This document shows, one piece after another, positions 25,341-38,314 of a DNA stretch of 64,000 nt. The DNA comes from Yuukianura sp. NJ FZ-2021 (lineage: Eukaryota): positions 7,998,001 to 8,062,000 of the forward strand of contig CM102289.1 in NCBI GenBank assembly GCA_046563655.1. The letters are read 5' to 3'. Within the stretch, counting starts at the first letter, position 1. Each line of letters begins with the position of its first letter. A program made the translations under genes and the position numbers. The notes under the pieces are model-generated. The model had not been told where the DNA came from, did no database searches, and was given only the letters and a program-made list of their open reading frames with translations.

Positions 25341-25876
25341 TTAATTAAAACCTTAGTTAGTAGCTAACATAATTCAGAAAGTCCACTAGAGCTTTTACCA
25401 ATCACTTTTTAATTCAATTTGCAAACGAAACCAATTATATCGAATTCGTTGTACAAACGTTAAACAAAACAATACGACTTTTGTAAAGGAAGAAGACTAA
25501 TTTCATTTCATTCTAGTATCATTACAACCAATTAGTAATTCAACAACCGATTAACTCAAATTGATATGTTCATCTCGTTTTTAGACTCCTCTCTGCACTC
25601 TGTTGAAGGATACAGAAAATCATTTCACTGGAAATGACTGGCTGATGTCGTATAATATCAGACAAGGAATTTCTTTGGTCGTTTTTTGCTCAATGCTCGT
25701 ATGCTCACTCTTTCACTTTGATCTTACCAATTACTAATCAATTTCTTTGCGTTCATGTGATTTCGATGTCTCAACTTCCCCCGTTTGCCTGTTTGTTCCT
25801 CTCCTGCCACGCTCTGTTCCTTCTCATATGAGTTCAGTTCCGTCGGTTATTGGTATCCATCAGCATTTGAAAGTTT

Positions 25877-28800
25877 TCAATATGGCTGAAATATAAAAAC
25901 CAAAATTAAGTAAATGCAATTTGAACTACTTTTCACTAATTTAGTGGAGAGTGTAGATTAATCACCTGTGAAAATTGCATTCCCTGGGAGAAGTTTCCGC
26001 TTCCACCGCCTCCACTGGATCGATCATTTCGAAACTGTTGACTATTGAAGCGATGCTCTTGCGACATATAACTGTCGTTCTGACTTTGAAAATCCAAGTC
26101 ATCTCTGAAATCCTGGGACAGCATCTGGTTCTGCGACATCTGACCGTACTAAAACATGGACGAAAATATTTATCAATGATCGGACATCATGAAGTTAAAT
26201 AGGTTACATAGGAAGTCATGATTACTAGACTAAAATGACTGATTTGGGGCGAAGCCCCAGCAAGCTTATACAGCACGCTGGTAGACACTAAAAATACTTA
26301 CCGGCTGCGTCATACGCTGCGGTTGCGTGTTATACTGCTGACTTCCGCCAAGTCCGTGCTCTCCCTGTGACATTCCGAAGCCTTGATGTGGTTGTGACAG
26401 CATCGACTGGCTGTTACGATCACCATATCCTCCGCCAATCCCACCGCTGGCCCCTCCTGACCCACCAAGCGGCGGGAACATTTCATCGAGACGTTGTTGC
26501 TGTTGTTGTTGCTGAGTTTGACGTTGTTGATACGGTGATCTCCCTGCTGCAGGATTCTGGTTTCCTTGTCCAGCTTGAGCTCCTGGAGTCCTTTGATAAA
26601 ATGGCGAAGGATTTCTTGGTCCAGTCATCTGGTTGGGATTGTGTCCCTGAGCTCCCATTGGTTGATTGAAGAATCCAGACGGAATTTGTGCAATATTCAT
26701 GAACATCCCAAGTGGAACGGGACAGTTTGGTGGAAATGCTGGTTGTGGATCGATTCTTCCATTGTATCCAGTATACTGATCTCCAAATCGAGCCAAGTAA
26801 TTTGCAGCAGCCATTGGCTCATGTCCCATAGGTGGTTCACCACCGCGACGGTGAAAGGCTGGTGCTGGTCCTCGTGGTCCACCCATCATATTTCCTTGTT
26901 GAGGTCGAAATGTTTCACGAGCATCGAACGTTCTGTTGGCCATAAAGTGAGCTCCAGGATTAATCAAGTTTTCCATTTTCTTTGGTTTTGGAAAAGTCAT
27001 TGCCGATTCCTTGAGATTTTGAAGTGGTCCTTCAACAAGTAGATGCTGGTCCTTGAAGTAGTGAATCAAATGGTTCCATAATTGGTTTTTCGCTAGTACT
27101 TTTGGATTTCCAACAACAATGATCCCATACTTGGCTCTCGTCAGAGCAACGTTGAGACGACGTGGGTCACTCAGAAATCCAATTCCTTGAGCTTCGTTGG
27201 ACCGGACACACGATAAGATAATAATGTCTTTCTCCCGACCTTGAAATGCGTCGACACTGGCCACTTCGACTTCAAGGTACAACTTTGTGTTCAAGGGCCC
27301 TTGATTTTGCATGTACTGAACCTGGTAAGCCCTTTGACCTTCATATGGAGTGATGATTCCAATTTGTTCTGGGCGCATGCCGGCTTTCAAGAACTTCGTA
27401 GTGATTTTTTCGACGTTAGAGGCTTCTGTTCTGTTCAAGTAAGATGTTCCACTTCCAGAAATTTCTTCACATCCATGTGTAACATAGAAGAACATAGGTT
27501 TTTCTGGATTTGGCCAAGGGAAGTCAAAAGCCAGTCGACGATCATGTGATCCAACTCCATTCTGCAAAGAGCCTTCATAGAAGAAGTCTGATGGAAATCG
27601 AGACAAGTCTGGATGCATTCGATACTGGACGTCGAGCCGGATTGGTCGAATTCCGACAACGACAAGTCGTTCGAACAACGATTGAGACAATCCTGCTGCA
27701 GCGGCTTTCTTGCACATAACGACTGGGCCAAGTTGACAGTGGTCACCGACAAGGATCAGCTGTTTGGCCCCCATCACAACTGGTACCATACATTCCGGCT
27801 CTGTTGCTTGCATTGCTACATAAAAATCAATCAATCATAAATCATAATAATTAATCAATTGAATCATACTTAATTAATTAAGGAAATGTCGTGATTACCT
27901 TCGTCAATCAGGACACATCCGAACTTGAGCTTTGAAAGACGCGGATCCCCAGCCGATACACAGGTACAGGAAATAACATCGGCTGCTTGTAGCACAAGCG
28001 TTTCAACTCTCCGCTTTAAACTGATGTATCGCTTCTCGTCAGCAACCGAAAGCTCTCCGGTTTCATCTTTCAGTTGTTGCAGTTTTTGCAGGTCTCCGCC
28101 CTCGGCTTGACTAATTTTCCGAATTTGATTATGAAGCGATAGAAAAGAAATGGGCGAATCCAGGTTTTCACGAGACTTTGCGCACAATCGAACGACTTTG
28201 AGGCCAGTCTGATGGATCTTGGTCGTCAGCTGATCAACAGCGGTGTTTGATGGTGCACAAACAAGGATCGTACCGTTGTTCATCTTAGCAAGATGGTAAA
28301 TGATTGAAGCCGAAGTTACCGTCTTTCCAGTTCCTAGAAATCATGCGGGAAGAATTAAGTAAAAGTATAACGTTTTAGAAAAAAACACAAGAGAGTAAAA
28401 TTTACCAGGAGGTCCCTGAATCAAAGTCAGCGGGCGCTGCAACGCTTGTTTTACAGCAAAAGCCTAAAAACCAAAAGTAAAGCCAAATTAAAAATTAACT
28501 TTTTAATTTCAAAGCTGCAACGAAATAAGCCGGTTTAGTAAAAAAATCATTAATTAGTCAAAAATCAGCCAAGTAATTAATTACCATATTTCCCGGCGTA
28601 TATCAATTCCTGCCGTCAAACAGCTGATGCAGCAAGGTGCGGGATATACGCCGTGAAACAGGGTAACGGACGCTCCAATGCAACATTTACCTGCGATCGA
28701 TTCAAGTCCGGAAGATTCAAGCCCGAGAAATTCTTCGGTAAATTACAACGAAGCACTAGCTCTTCAGCGTCATGTCCAAGTAAGCGATGGTACAAGAAAT

Positions 28801-30419
28801 TCGACACTGCAGTGTCATCCAACGAAAATCGATTCAATGCTGCCTGCATTCGGTCAAATGAGGTTGACTTCCAGACAAATTCTATGGCAAAATCCTGAGT
28901 ACATTCAACTGGTGCTCCTGAACTCCATCTCAGTTTCAGCTCAATCCCAATTTCATCTGAAAAGTTGTCCGGAACCTTAATGACATTGCCAACTCCACTC
29001 CAGCTCTTATGTTGGTCTCCTACATAACGTATCTTGAGTTCATCTCCTTGAACAAGTCGAAGATCCGAATCAACGACATTCGGGAGTGTAAAGTAAGCAG
29101 TAATTCGCTTATTGAGTCCCACGTCCCAGCGAACTTCGATGTTCTCATGTGTCTGGTCTTCTTTGATCTTCTTATCGTAGTCGGCTTCAAGTTTGACCAA
29201 TGGATTCAAAACTAGTTCGTAGTGGTAGCCGTCGTCGTATCGTAGCAACACATGTTGCGGCTCCTCGTCTACGCCGGGTTTTTCCAAATCTTGAAATGTA
29301 GCATCCGTGTTAACTTTCCAGAGTTCTTCCATTTTGATAATTTGATTGTTGGTGACATGACGTGCTCGAGCCATCTCGTCCCCCTTCGGCTCTTTCACCA
29401 GCCAACTGATGAGGCTACGATCAGCAATCAGTGGTTTCCAGGCGTCAGCATCCCTAATAATAACGTTAACACGCTGAATCAATCACTTTAATTCAAAACT
29501 TAACAAATGTATTTGTTGAGCATTTGGAATCGTAAGTTAGGTTCACATACCAGTTCATATCCTTCAGCGTATTCTGGGTTGAACACGGTTGTCGGCATAA
29601 AAGCACCACCACAGAGTCATTCTTGGCAGGAATATATCCCAAGTTGAATACATTTTTACCACCACAGGCGTAGCATTCCAGTAGAGTCTCCCCAAGTGGA
29701 CCTTGACGGTGAAGGATGACTTGCTGGAGATAAATTAATAAGTTACATTTAAGAAAAATTAATCAACTGAAATTGCAACTAACCTTATGGCGCGACCGGA
29801 CTAAATGAGCCAAAATATGCGACCCCGTGGCTGCTGCACTTTTCCCATTACAAAACCACTTCTTACAAACGTTGCACATCACGACTGCAGCAGTGTCGTG
29901 TGTACCGCAATACCGGCATGCGTGCTCCGGAGCTTTCTAAAGCAGAAATAAAAATGAAATTACACCATACTATAGCTAATGTCAAAATTTTAATAATTAA
30001 CCTGAAAGACAGTTCCTTCGTCGTCATCGTCCTCGAATCGAAGTTCGTCCAGACCTTGACTCAAGTCCCCCACAAGCGAGTCCTCGTCATCATCCTTACT
30101 TTTGGTCTTCGCAGTCTTGAAGATGTCTTCGTCAATGCTAATATCGTCGTCATCCTGTAAAAAAGGAACAGCAATAGCTACGGAAACACGAATGCATATT
30201 ACAGTCGAGTAAATTGTGTTCAAGTACCGATGAAGCAGCACTCTTCGACGATAAAGAACGACGTTCAAGTTGCGAGAAATCGTTCTTCGGAAGGTCTCCT
30301 TCATCTCCGTAATCGAATGCATCGAAATCCCCATCCCGCATTTGGGTAGCAGCTCCTAGTTGGGATAGCCCAGTCCGCTGAGTTGAATTTTCGAAGAAAT
30401 CAAAGTTCTGACTCGACAT
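25877..30419 (-). CDS. UPF1: Regulator of nonsense transcripts 1 (SF1 RNA helicase), multi-exon
   Basis: CH zinc domain (HACRYCG...[18 protein letters not shown]), [70 protein letters not shown], and an SQ-rich tail ending FSQ|PY*. Confidence 0.97.
28581..28666 (-). other. Long RNA hairpin inside a UPF1 intron (intron 28464-28690)
   Basis: Arms 28581-28604 and 28643-28666 are reverse complements at 21 of 24 positions (plus one G-U on the UPF1 strand), with further pairing possible inside the loop. Confidence 0.6.
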
Positions 30420-31933
30420 GTTCTAGTTGGCGGAATATTTCGATGATTATTGCTTGGTCTCTATGTATTCTGTACACTAGACTCCGTCTAATCAGGCTAC
30501 AGTAAAATGAAATGGAACAGAATTAATTAGTTAGGTTAGTATCTACCCAAATCCGAATCGACAAATTTGATTTGAAAAAAGCCAAGACGTAGAGAGGTGG
30601 AGACTGGAGAGGCTCTAACCTCAATTCATTTGAAGTGACTCATCTGTCGTTTATCGAATCGGTATAGTAGTGGTTACTGTTGTAATCGGAATTACTTACG
30701 TGGACAAGCGACACACAACGTCCTGGATGTAAATTACAAATACTATAAGTTATTATGAACGTATCAAAAACGAAATCAAAAACCGCTATCTAACAAACTC
30801 TTCTACACTTCTGACTCCAGTTCCAGCTGTTCGACTTTCAGTTTTTTAAATTAGCGATTAATTATTATTCACAATCTAAATAGTAGTGTGCAAAATTCTA
30901 AAATTCTTGCGAATACTAAATTGAAGACACGCTAAAATCCTCAACCAATCAGAAACTTCCCAATCCGAAAATCAAAATTTATTGTAAAATGAAATTTGAA
31001 AATTGCGAAAACTAAATCTCCCGCCAAAAGCGAAGCTCCCGACGCAGTACAATTTCTTATGCATATGAAACTCGACAATAGTTAGAACAATAACAACTCA
31101 AAATATTTTGCAAAAATAAGCACTAAAAAGCCATTTTTTTCTAATTCTGCTTTCTAAAACTCTATCAATCTACAAAACTATTAGTAATTAAATTTAACTA
31201 ATGAACACAATTTTTAAATTAGGCGAGGCTTGTTACTTAACTACTCTTTGTTGTATCAACATCTCCATAATTTGAAATATCATTTTCCTACAGCAATTTC
31301 TTTCGAAATTTTCAATTTGCCATGATTTTTTTCGAAAGCCAAACCTTAACCAACGGCGATTTTCGAAAAACAAACTATTTTTAAACTCACGTTGGAGACT
31401 GTAGTGAAACATGCATATGCAAGTGAATTGTTTTTAAGCTACGGTTAGTTTTTTCTTACAAAACGTTTACTGGTCGAGAATTTTCTAAGGTAAAGTTATT
31501 TTAAACTTATTGACGATGTTATGTTGGATGCTGACCTTTGGACAATGGACTAATTCCAAAAACTATTTTTTAGCATAAAAAACCAAATACGTTTTTAGCT
31601 TTTCCAAGAAACCAGAAATTTGAATTGGGATTTCAAAATTTCCGGGGTATGTAAATCCACATTGGTATTCAACTGACCTTCTTAGAAGTAGAATTGAATT
31701 TCGTTGTACCACCATTGCACATTGTATTTTTTAGACAAAAGAGTAACACGAGTTCAAAGTTAGTCTGGTCGGACACCTATAAAATGGGCTGCAGTGGGGT
31801 CAGGGTCAATCATTCCAGTTTTGAACGAAACAGACTGACGAACGACCTTGGTCTACATCGACTCCAACACTTCTTCAACTAAACTCTACTTGACAAAGGA
31901 TTCTACGTGACCTTTGACCCCGCCTTTTCAAAA

Positions 31934-32299
31934 ATGAACTCAATTCAGGTAAGCCTATGCTAACATTTACTAAAAATTCAGTCAAAACATTTTAGATTAA
32001 CACAATTTCTAACTTTTTGGAAGATTTTTCAACGCAACGACTTTGTTACGACAATTCTAACGACATTTTCTTGTGTCAACTTCCAGGTCGTGCTTATTTT
32101 CCTCATCGCTTGCGTCGTTGGTCTTACTTTTGGAATTCCAGTTCCAGACAATGGCTTACCTCACGCCGACGCCGACGCTACACGAGATGACCTTGACGCT
32201 GCTGGATTCTGGGGTTGGGGTTACGCTGGATCATGGGGATTCCCTTACTATCACCGTCGTCACTATGGATATGGATACCCCTACTCTTACTACTACTAA
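31934..32299 (+). CDS. Small secreted Gly/Tyr/Trp-rich peptide (75 aa); exons 31934-31948, 32087-32299
   Basis: TATAAAA near 31778. MNSIQ|VVLIFLIACVVGLTFG signal peptide, an acidic pro-region (HADADATRDDLDAAG), then FWGWGYAGSWGFPYYHRRHYGYGYPYSYYY*. Confidence 0.85.
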
Positions 32300-32869
32300 A
32301 CAGAAAAAACTGCTACTGGAAACCGAGTTGGATGGTGACCTTTGACCTCTACACTTTGACCTTACTGAATGAAAGCATTATCGCTGGATTTCAGAATAAT
32401 TTACTGGTATGACTTTTTTATGGATGTTAATTTTTGCATGTGTGACTGATTTTTTGTTGTTTTGAGCAATTTTTGTTATGGTTTTAATCGAAGTTTTCCC
32501 GTTTTTATTTTCTTTACTCTGTCAGTATTCTTTTCACCTATTATTTGGTGCCTCTGTGCTAATTAGGTTTAATTCGGATCTTAACCTTTGAAAAAAATCT
32601 TTGGTTCTGAAAAAATTCTTCTAAAAAACAGAATAAACATTGGATTTCATCGTCAGGATTTCTGAAAAACTCAACGTCGGATGCATTTTTTTAAATAATT
32701 TTTAGTAGTTTCGTTGAAAATTCTCAGTTACTCAATAGTATCAGTCATCAGTTTGAGACAAAAAGTTTTTATTTCGTGAATTTTATTTACCAAATATGCA
32801 ATTTCTTGAATCTAACATAGATTTGCATTGACTTTTTCACAAAACTACAGTCATAATTTTAGTTATAGT

Positions 32870-33322
32870 TCACTGTTTAGTGGCAAAATAGAGTAGTGCT
32901 GTTGGTAATGTCGCAAGGAGTCCAAACGGCCGCGTCAATGAACTGCGACAAATTCCGACATTGGGGTCAGTAGCCTGATATTGATTGCGACACATAGTGC
33001 CTGGTTGACATTGGTAGCCCGTTCTGACGGCATTTCCTCCAGTTGCAAAACCATTCAAATCGCAAGCCGACTGTGGAAGTGACACGCATCTGCTCCAGGA
33101 ATCGTACCAGTACGTATTAAGAGGAACATTACGGTAAAACTTCCTTGCAGGGCAGCTACATCTTCCGAAATAGCATTCCAGCTTGGTCGTGTCCGTGTCA
33201 CAGTTGTCTTGGTTGTTGTACAATTGAGAACAGGCTTGACCTTCCACAGCTACGGGGTCACCATGACCGATTTGACTAATAATGATGACACAAAAGAACA
33301 AGATGACCCACCTTCGGTCCAT
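32870..33322 (-). CDS. Secreted 10-Cys protein (EB-module-like) with a hydrophobic C-terminus, probable GPI anchor; single coding exon
   Basis: Signal peptide MDRRWVILFFCVIIISQIGHG; LECYFGRCSC and RCVSLPQSAC motifs; C-terminal small residues followed by FGLLATLPTALLYF. Confidence 0.75.
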   Translation of the reverse strand: MDRRWVILFFCVIIISQIGHGDPVAVEGQACSQLYNNQDNCDTDTTKLECYFGRCSCPARKFYRNVPLNTYWYDSWSRCVSLPQSACDLNGFATGGNAVRTGYQCQPGTMCRNQYQATDPNVGICRSSLTRPFGLLATLPTALLYFATKQ

Positions 33323-35056
33323 GATTCTCCGCAAGGTCGGTTCCGCCAAACTTCAAATTTGAAACTGATGAGGACGTTGACAGTTTGAGCTGGTAAATAT
33401 CCAGGAAAGCTTCGTGACTCGGTGCTATCAAATTGTGAAAGTTTTAGTTCTAAATGGGTTTCCTATAACCCAAAAAACTCCTTCAAACGAAACTTTAATT
33501 ATCCAATTTCTATTCTTCTAGAACAGAACTAGACAAATAAATCCGCACGTTACGTGGTTTACGTTTAAAAAATTAATTTAGAAAAGTTGTTTTCTGGTCA
33601 CATGAGATTCATTTACCCGGAAATGTGAGAATCCGATTTGTTCAAAACACGCCATGTTTTTTGAAAACCCAAACCGAGTCTGATGTGTTTGTGTCCCACG
33701 TCTAATTGACTGTTCTTAACCAATTTTGTCATTTGGAAGAGTTACACGCATACACGCACTTTTCCAGACTTTTCGAAAACATTTCATGTTGGTTTTCTCT
33801 CTGTTCAAAACAAAAACGAAATTTAAAAAAAAATCTTTAGAAAAAGCGTTCAAAAACTTTGCAATTTTTTTCCAGCTTAAAGAACAGACCAAAAATCAGA
33901 AAAAAATTCTTATGAAAATGAGAAGAAAAAAAAGTGTTAACGCTGAAATCCAACAATTTACTTCACGTTTTTAACAAAAATTAATCTTTACATGTTGTCT
34001 TTTTCAAAAATTTCAGCAAGTCAAAGTCCATTGTTTCAATTTCTGCAGTTCTGGTTTGACACAAGGCTCATGCTTGTCTTTGTTCCATTACAACTTTTTT
34101 GCAATGATGACAAAAAAAGTGAAGAAAAAACGCCTAAAAAGAAATTTTAGGCAAATCGTGTGTAAAATTGAAAATTAATTTTGTACGTGTGGCGTTTTAC
34201 AACTGAATGAGTCACACTCGCAGCATAAAATTACGTCAAGACCAGTTAAAGGTACTGCCGTCATGCTATGACACATAACTCATGAACTAAAGCAAGATTG
34301 ATGAGGTTTTGTCGTTGAATTTGAATTGCTTTGCACGTTGTCAACTTTTTTCGCTGCAATTCGAGGCACACTGACCCCGGAAGGACCATGGGAAGCTAAA
34401 AAGTGAAAATGAAAGGAATAAATAAGAGCAGAACAATGAAAAAGTGATGAACATCGTTTCACATACACAGTTCGACAGGAAATCCTGAACAAATTGCAGA
34501 AATTGAAGAAATGAAACCTAACGTATAAAAAAAATTGTGTATCAATTTTGCCCTGCTTTTCAAAAAACTTTCATTCTCCTTTGTTTAATTTCCTATTGTT
34601 TTTTCACAAAACACATCAGATTATGAACCGCAATAGATGAAAAATGGATGAGAAAATAGCAGAAACCTAATTGAACAATTTCAAAACGCAAATTTTGAAC
34701 CTACCGAGCCATTTTACGGTGACTGGTGGTGACCACAGGATTTTTTCTTGTTGGATTAACATAAGTTGGCATTTTTTTTGAAAGTCAGTAATTTTAGTTT
34801 ACTCTACGCTTTCTTGAAGCAGTAAAACGCACTGTAACTAGTATGCCGAATGTGTCATTATGATTTGAATGCCTTTAAACAAAGCGAAATCGACAAAGAA
34901 AAAGACTAACTTTTTAATTTAAATGCAAAAATACAAAAATTCTTCTGTGTTTCTCCAATAGAAGAAACTTGACAAACGTAACTTAAATGCGAAATGTTGA
35001 GTTCTACAAAGTTATTTTTACAAAAACTAAAATATAAATTAAGTTATATTTAAAAT

Positions 35057-36261
35057 TTATTCATCCGTGTATGGTTCGAGCGTTGTCGCTTTGAGTTCAA
35101 TTGTTGACTCAACTACTGGCGTCGAAGGAGGCTGAGCTGATGAAGTCATGTCTACTCCAAATGGACTCAGAGTTGGTTCAGTGATGACTGGAGATGGAGA
35201 CTCCACTGCTGGAATTGGTTCTGGAGGAGAACTGGGCTGGAAGAAAATTCCAGCAGGAAGGAGCAGAATTCCAGGGGAATTGGAATTATAATCGTCTAAG
35301 GATTCTGGAGTTGGCAAAACTGGATTGAGGTCATCTGATGTTTGAACTTTGACCTTTGTGACCTGAGTCGCAGCTTTGCTTAGTTTTGAGTGTTGAGATC
35401 CACCAAAGAATGTCACTTGCGGAGCCACATGCCCCGCCGTGATGAATTTTGGCGCTCCTAAAGAATTCAAAATTTTGTATGTTATGAAAAAAAAATCCAA
35501 AATCCAGAAAAAATCGACTTTGCTTAACTGAAAAATCTAACGAGTACATTATTTTTTCAAAATTGCCAATTTTTTCAAAAAAAAAACGTGACACATGACT
35601 CACCTCCATACTTGACCAAAGCATCCCGCCATTCTCCAGGAAAATTTTGTTGTAGATACACCACTACACGTGACAATTTTTGTTTTTGCAAATTTGTACA
35701 AAGGCGACAATTGTCCAAAATTACCGACGGCAAAAGTGCTGTTACGAAAAACACAAAAAAGGAGTTAAATTTCAATTAATTTGTGATATGCCACGCTCAT
35801 GCTCAGAAATTGTTCAGGTCGTGACAGTCGTGCCAACAAATTTCATATCAATTTGCAACAATCGCGGGTTAAAAAGCATGTCATTTTGCGCAAATTACTA
35901 ACTACAACTCTAAAGTTTCAAGTAAAAGCGTGAAGTCTCATGCTTAACTGAAGGACAATTGAAAATTAAAAGTAAAATGCAAGATTAATTTTAAGCTAAG
36001 CTTACCTCTGGCTCTTGAGCCAAAATGGTCACACGGTCCATCATAAATTAAGCACTTGATTTGACTCTCTACAAAAGGAGTGTCGGCCAGTTTAGCCTCC
36101 ACGTTGATTCTGTCAAAGTAGTTGACATGCTGAACCAGCCTTGTTGGCAATTTCACAATAGCTGAAATCAGTCCAGAATGAACTGGTCGTTCAGTGTGTC
36201 CAAAATGCACTAGCAGACAAAAATTTAGCACTAACAAAATCAAAAGTTCACTTTTCACCAT
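35057..36261 (-). CDS. Chemosensory protein (CSP/OS-D family) with a long Pro/Thr/Ser-rich C-terminal tail; exons 36261-36006, 35738-35604, 35457-35057
   Basis: Signal peptide, FDRINVE, C-x6-C (CLIYDGPC), phase-1 intron, C-x2-C (CRLC), PGEW...KYG; the splice to the tail exon is in frame. Confidence 0.88.
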
Positions 36262-38314
36262 TTTTTTACATTAGCTTTTTAACAAAAATAAGTTGCAAAA
36301 TTTAAGATTTTGCAAATTTCGAGCACTTTTGCAGCAAAGTTGCTGTAAATCACACAAATGAAAGTTAAAAAGAGTTTTAAATTTTTTCGTACTTTGGAAC
36401 GTTGTGGTTTTTAAAAATTTTGTGAAAGTTTTGACTTGTACTAAAAAGTACTTTGAGGAATGAGTCCTAAATGCCAAATGAGTTAAAGAGAATAAAATAA
36501 GGATTTAATAAAAATTCTACCCAAAGTGTGTCTGTTAGTGTGAAGTGGTTTTTTGGTAAATAAGAATGAAATTTCTGAGTGTTGAACTTATGGCATGGCG
36601 CTATAAGTCAGTTAAAAGCTGTACAATTTTTGACGTTGTTTCTGAAGTGGATTGTTGTGAACATCCATTGTTGTGGGTCAGTAATGCAACAATGATGGGG
36701 TCTGTTTCCTCCCTTAACAAAACGAATTAGCGAATAACGATGTGCAGTGTATATACATAGGGCATATAACTAATTGGATTTGAGTTAATTCACTTTCCAT
36801 TAATTTTGCACACTTCAATTCTATTGTGAAGTTAACACAAAACAATTACAAGTAAGACAAATTTTAAAATATGACAACGTTTTATTGTAAGCAAAAAAAT
36901 ATGGTAAAACGAATTTCACGTTAATTTTTGTAAACTTTTTTTTAAATTGTAAGCCTCGAGTCACAATTATGCATGACGTGCTGGTACTAATTTTTGGGTT
37001 GAGGTGTGAACTGTGTAATAAAAGACTACAAATAGTGCGAAAACAAAATTTTCCGTTCTAGTGGTGCTAATTACTTCATCGTTTTTTGTTACATGGCTGA
37101 AACTAATTTTTTTCTTGTACATATGATTTGCTTTAGGCTTATATATGTTGGAGTTTTAGTTTTTTACTATTTATTTTAGTTTTTGAATATTGAGAAATTA
37201 AGAATTTGCACATGATTGCTAAGTAAGCTTTTGGTTTTAGTCAAGGTTTTTGGAAACCGCGAAATTTTGGTTTTACACATTTTAGATTTTGCAATTTTCG
37301 ATTTTAGGTGCTTTTACTAAAGGAATGGGAGCTGAAAGCGAATGTTTAAGTAAGTTATATGCCTCAGTTACTGCAGACATGTTTTGGTGTAAGTGTAATG
37401 GTGATACAGTTTCCTAAGCGTTACATCCTGGCACATTCATTTTTAATTGCCATGCCTGACCTATCACCTCGACCATGGTTTCTCCATCGTCGTATTCTGA
37501 CTGAAGGTTTTATGCAACTTTGTCACTGTCACGCCTGTTCTTCTTTTAAACTTCCTTTTGTTTGTGGGTTCTCGTCCATTTCAAAGCTTCCGCAAAACGC
37601 ATGTCAGATGTAACTAGAATGCCTTGAAATCACGGTCATCGCCTGCATCTGTCCTACATGTAAAAACAATTTGATAACCCGAAAAGACAAGAATTACTAC
37701 ACCTTTAGCAGAATTTTTGGCAATATTTAAAAGCCTTAAAAATTCAACACTAAAAACAAAATTAGAAAAAAACAGAAGAATTTTATTTTGCTAGATTTAA
37801 TTTATTTACCACCTTAATTTACCATAAAGTGTTTAAAAATGGCATTTAAGTGGCCCATAACGTAAGTTTCTAACAATTACAAAACTAAAACTAAAAAATG
37901 TGCAACGAACAAAAAAGTTCTAAAAAATTTTGAAGACTATAAGATTATGAAAAAAATTTGAAGTAGAGCATAACAACTCCATCTGTACAAAACGATTACA
38001 AGATTTGAAAAGCATGCAACTTGTAATAGTCGAAAGTTTTCAAATTCTGAATTTGAAAGTTGTAAAACTAAAGTTTTTTGAAACATTTTAACACGCCACT
38101 TTTTATAAAGTAAATTGTGGGTTTGTAGAGAACTAAAGTTAACAATTACGCCATTCGCATGCATTTATGAGAGAAAAAGTGCATTTCAAGTAACTTTTTG
38201 GCATAGTTTGGCGGAAGTAGTGGGTGAAATTAGTACTAAAAAATATAAAGTGCAGTTTATTAAAAAATGAAGATCCGGAAGGAAGGAAGATGAAAATAGT
38301 TCCTGTTTTCTATT

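Noticed and set aside
37380..37680. Possible fourth CSP or extra exon between the CSP genes
   Set aside because: An acceptor-like site is present, but all minus-strand frames stop quickly and there is no CSP Cys pattern.
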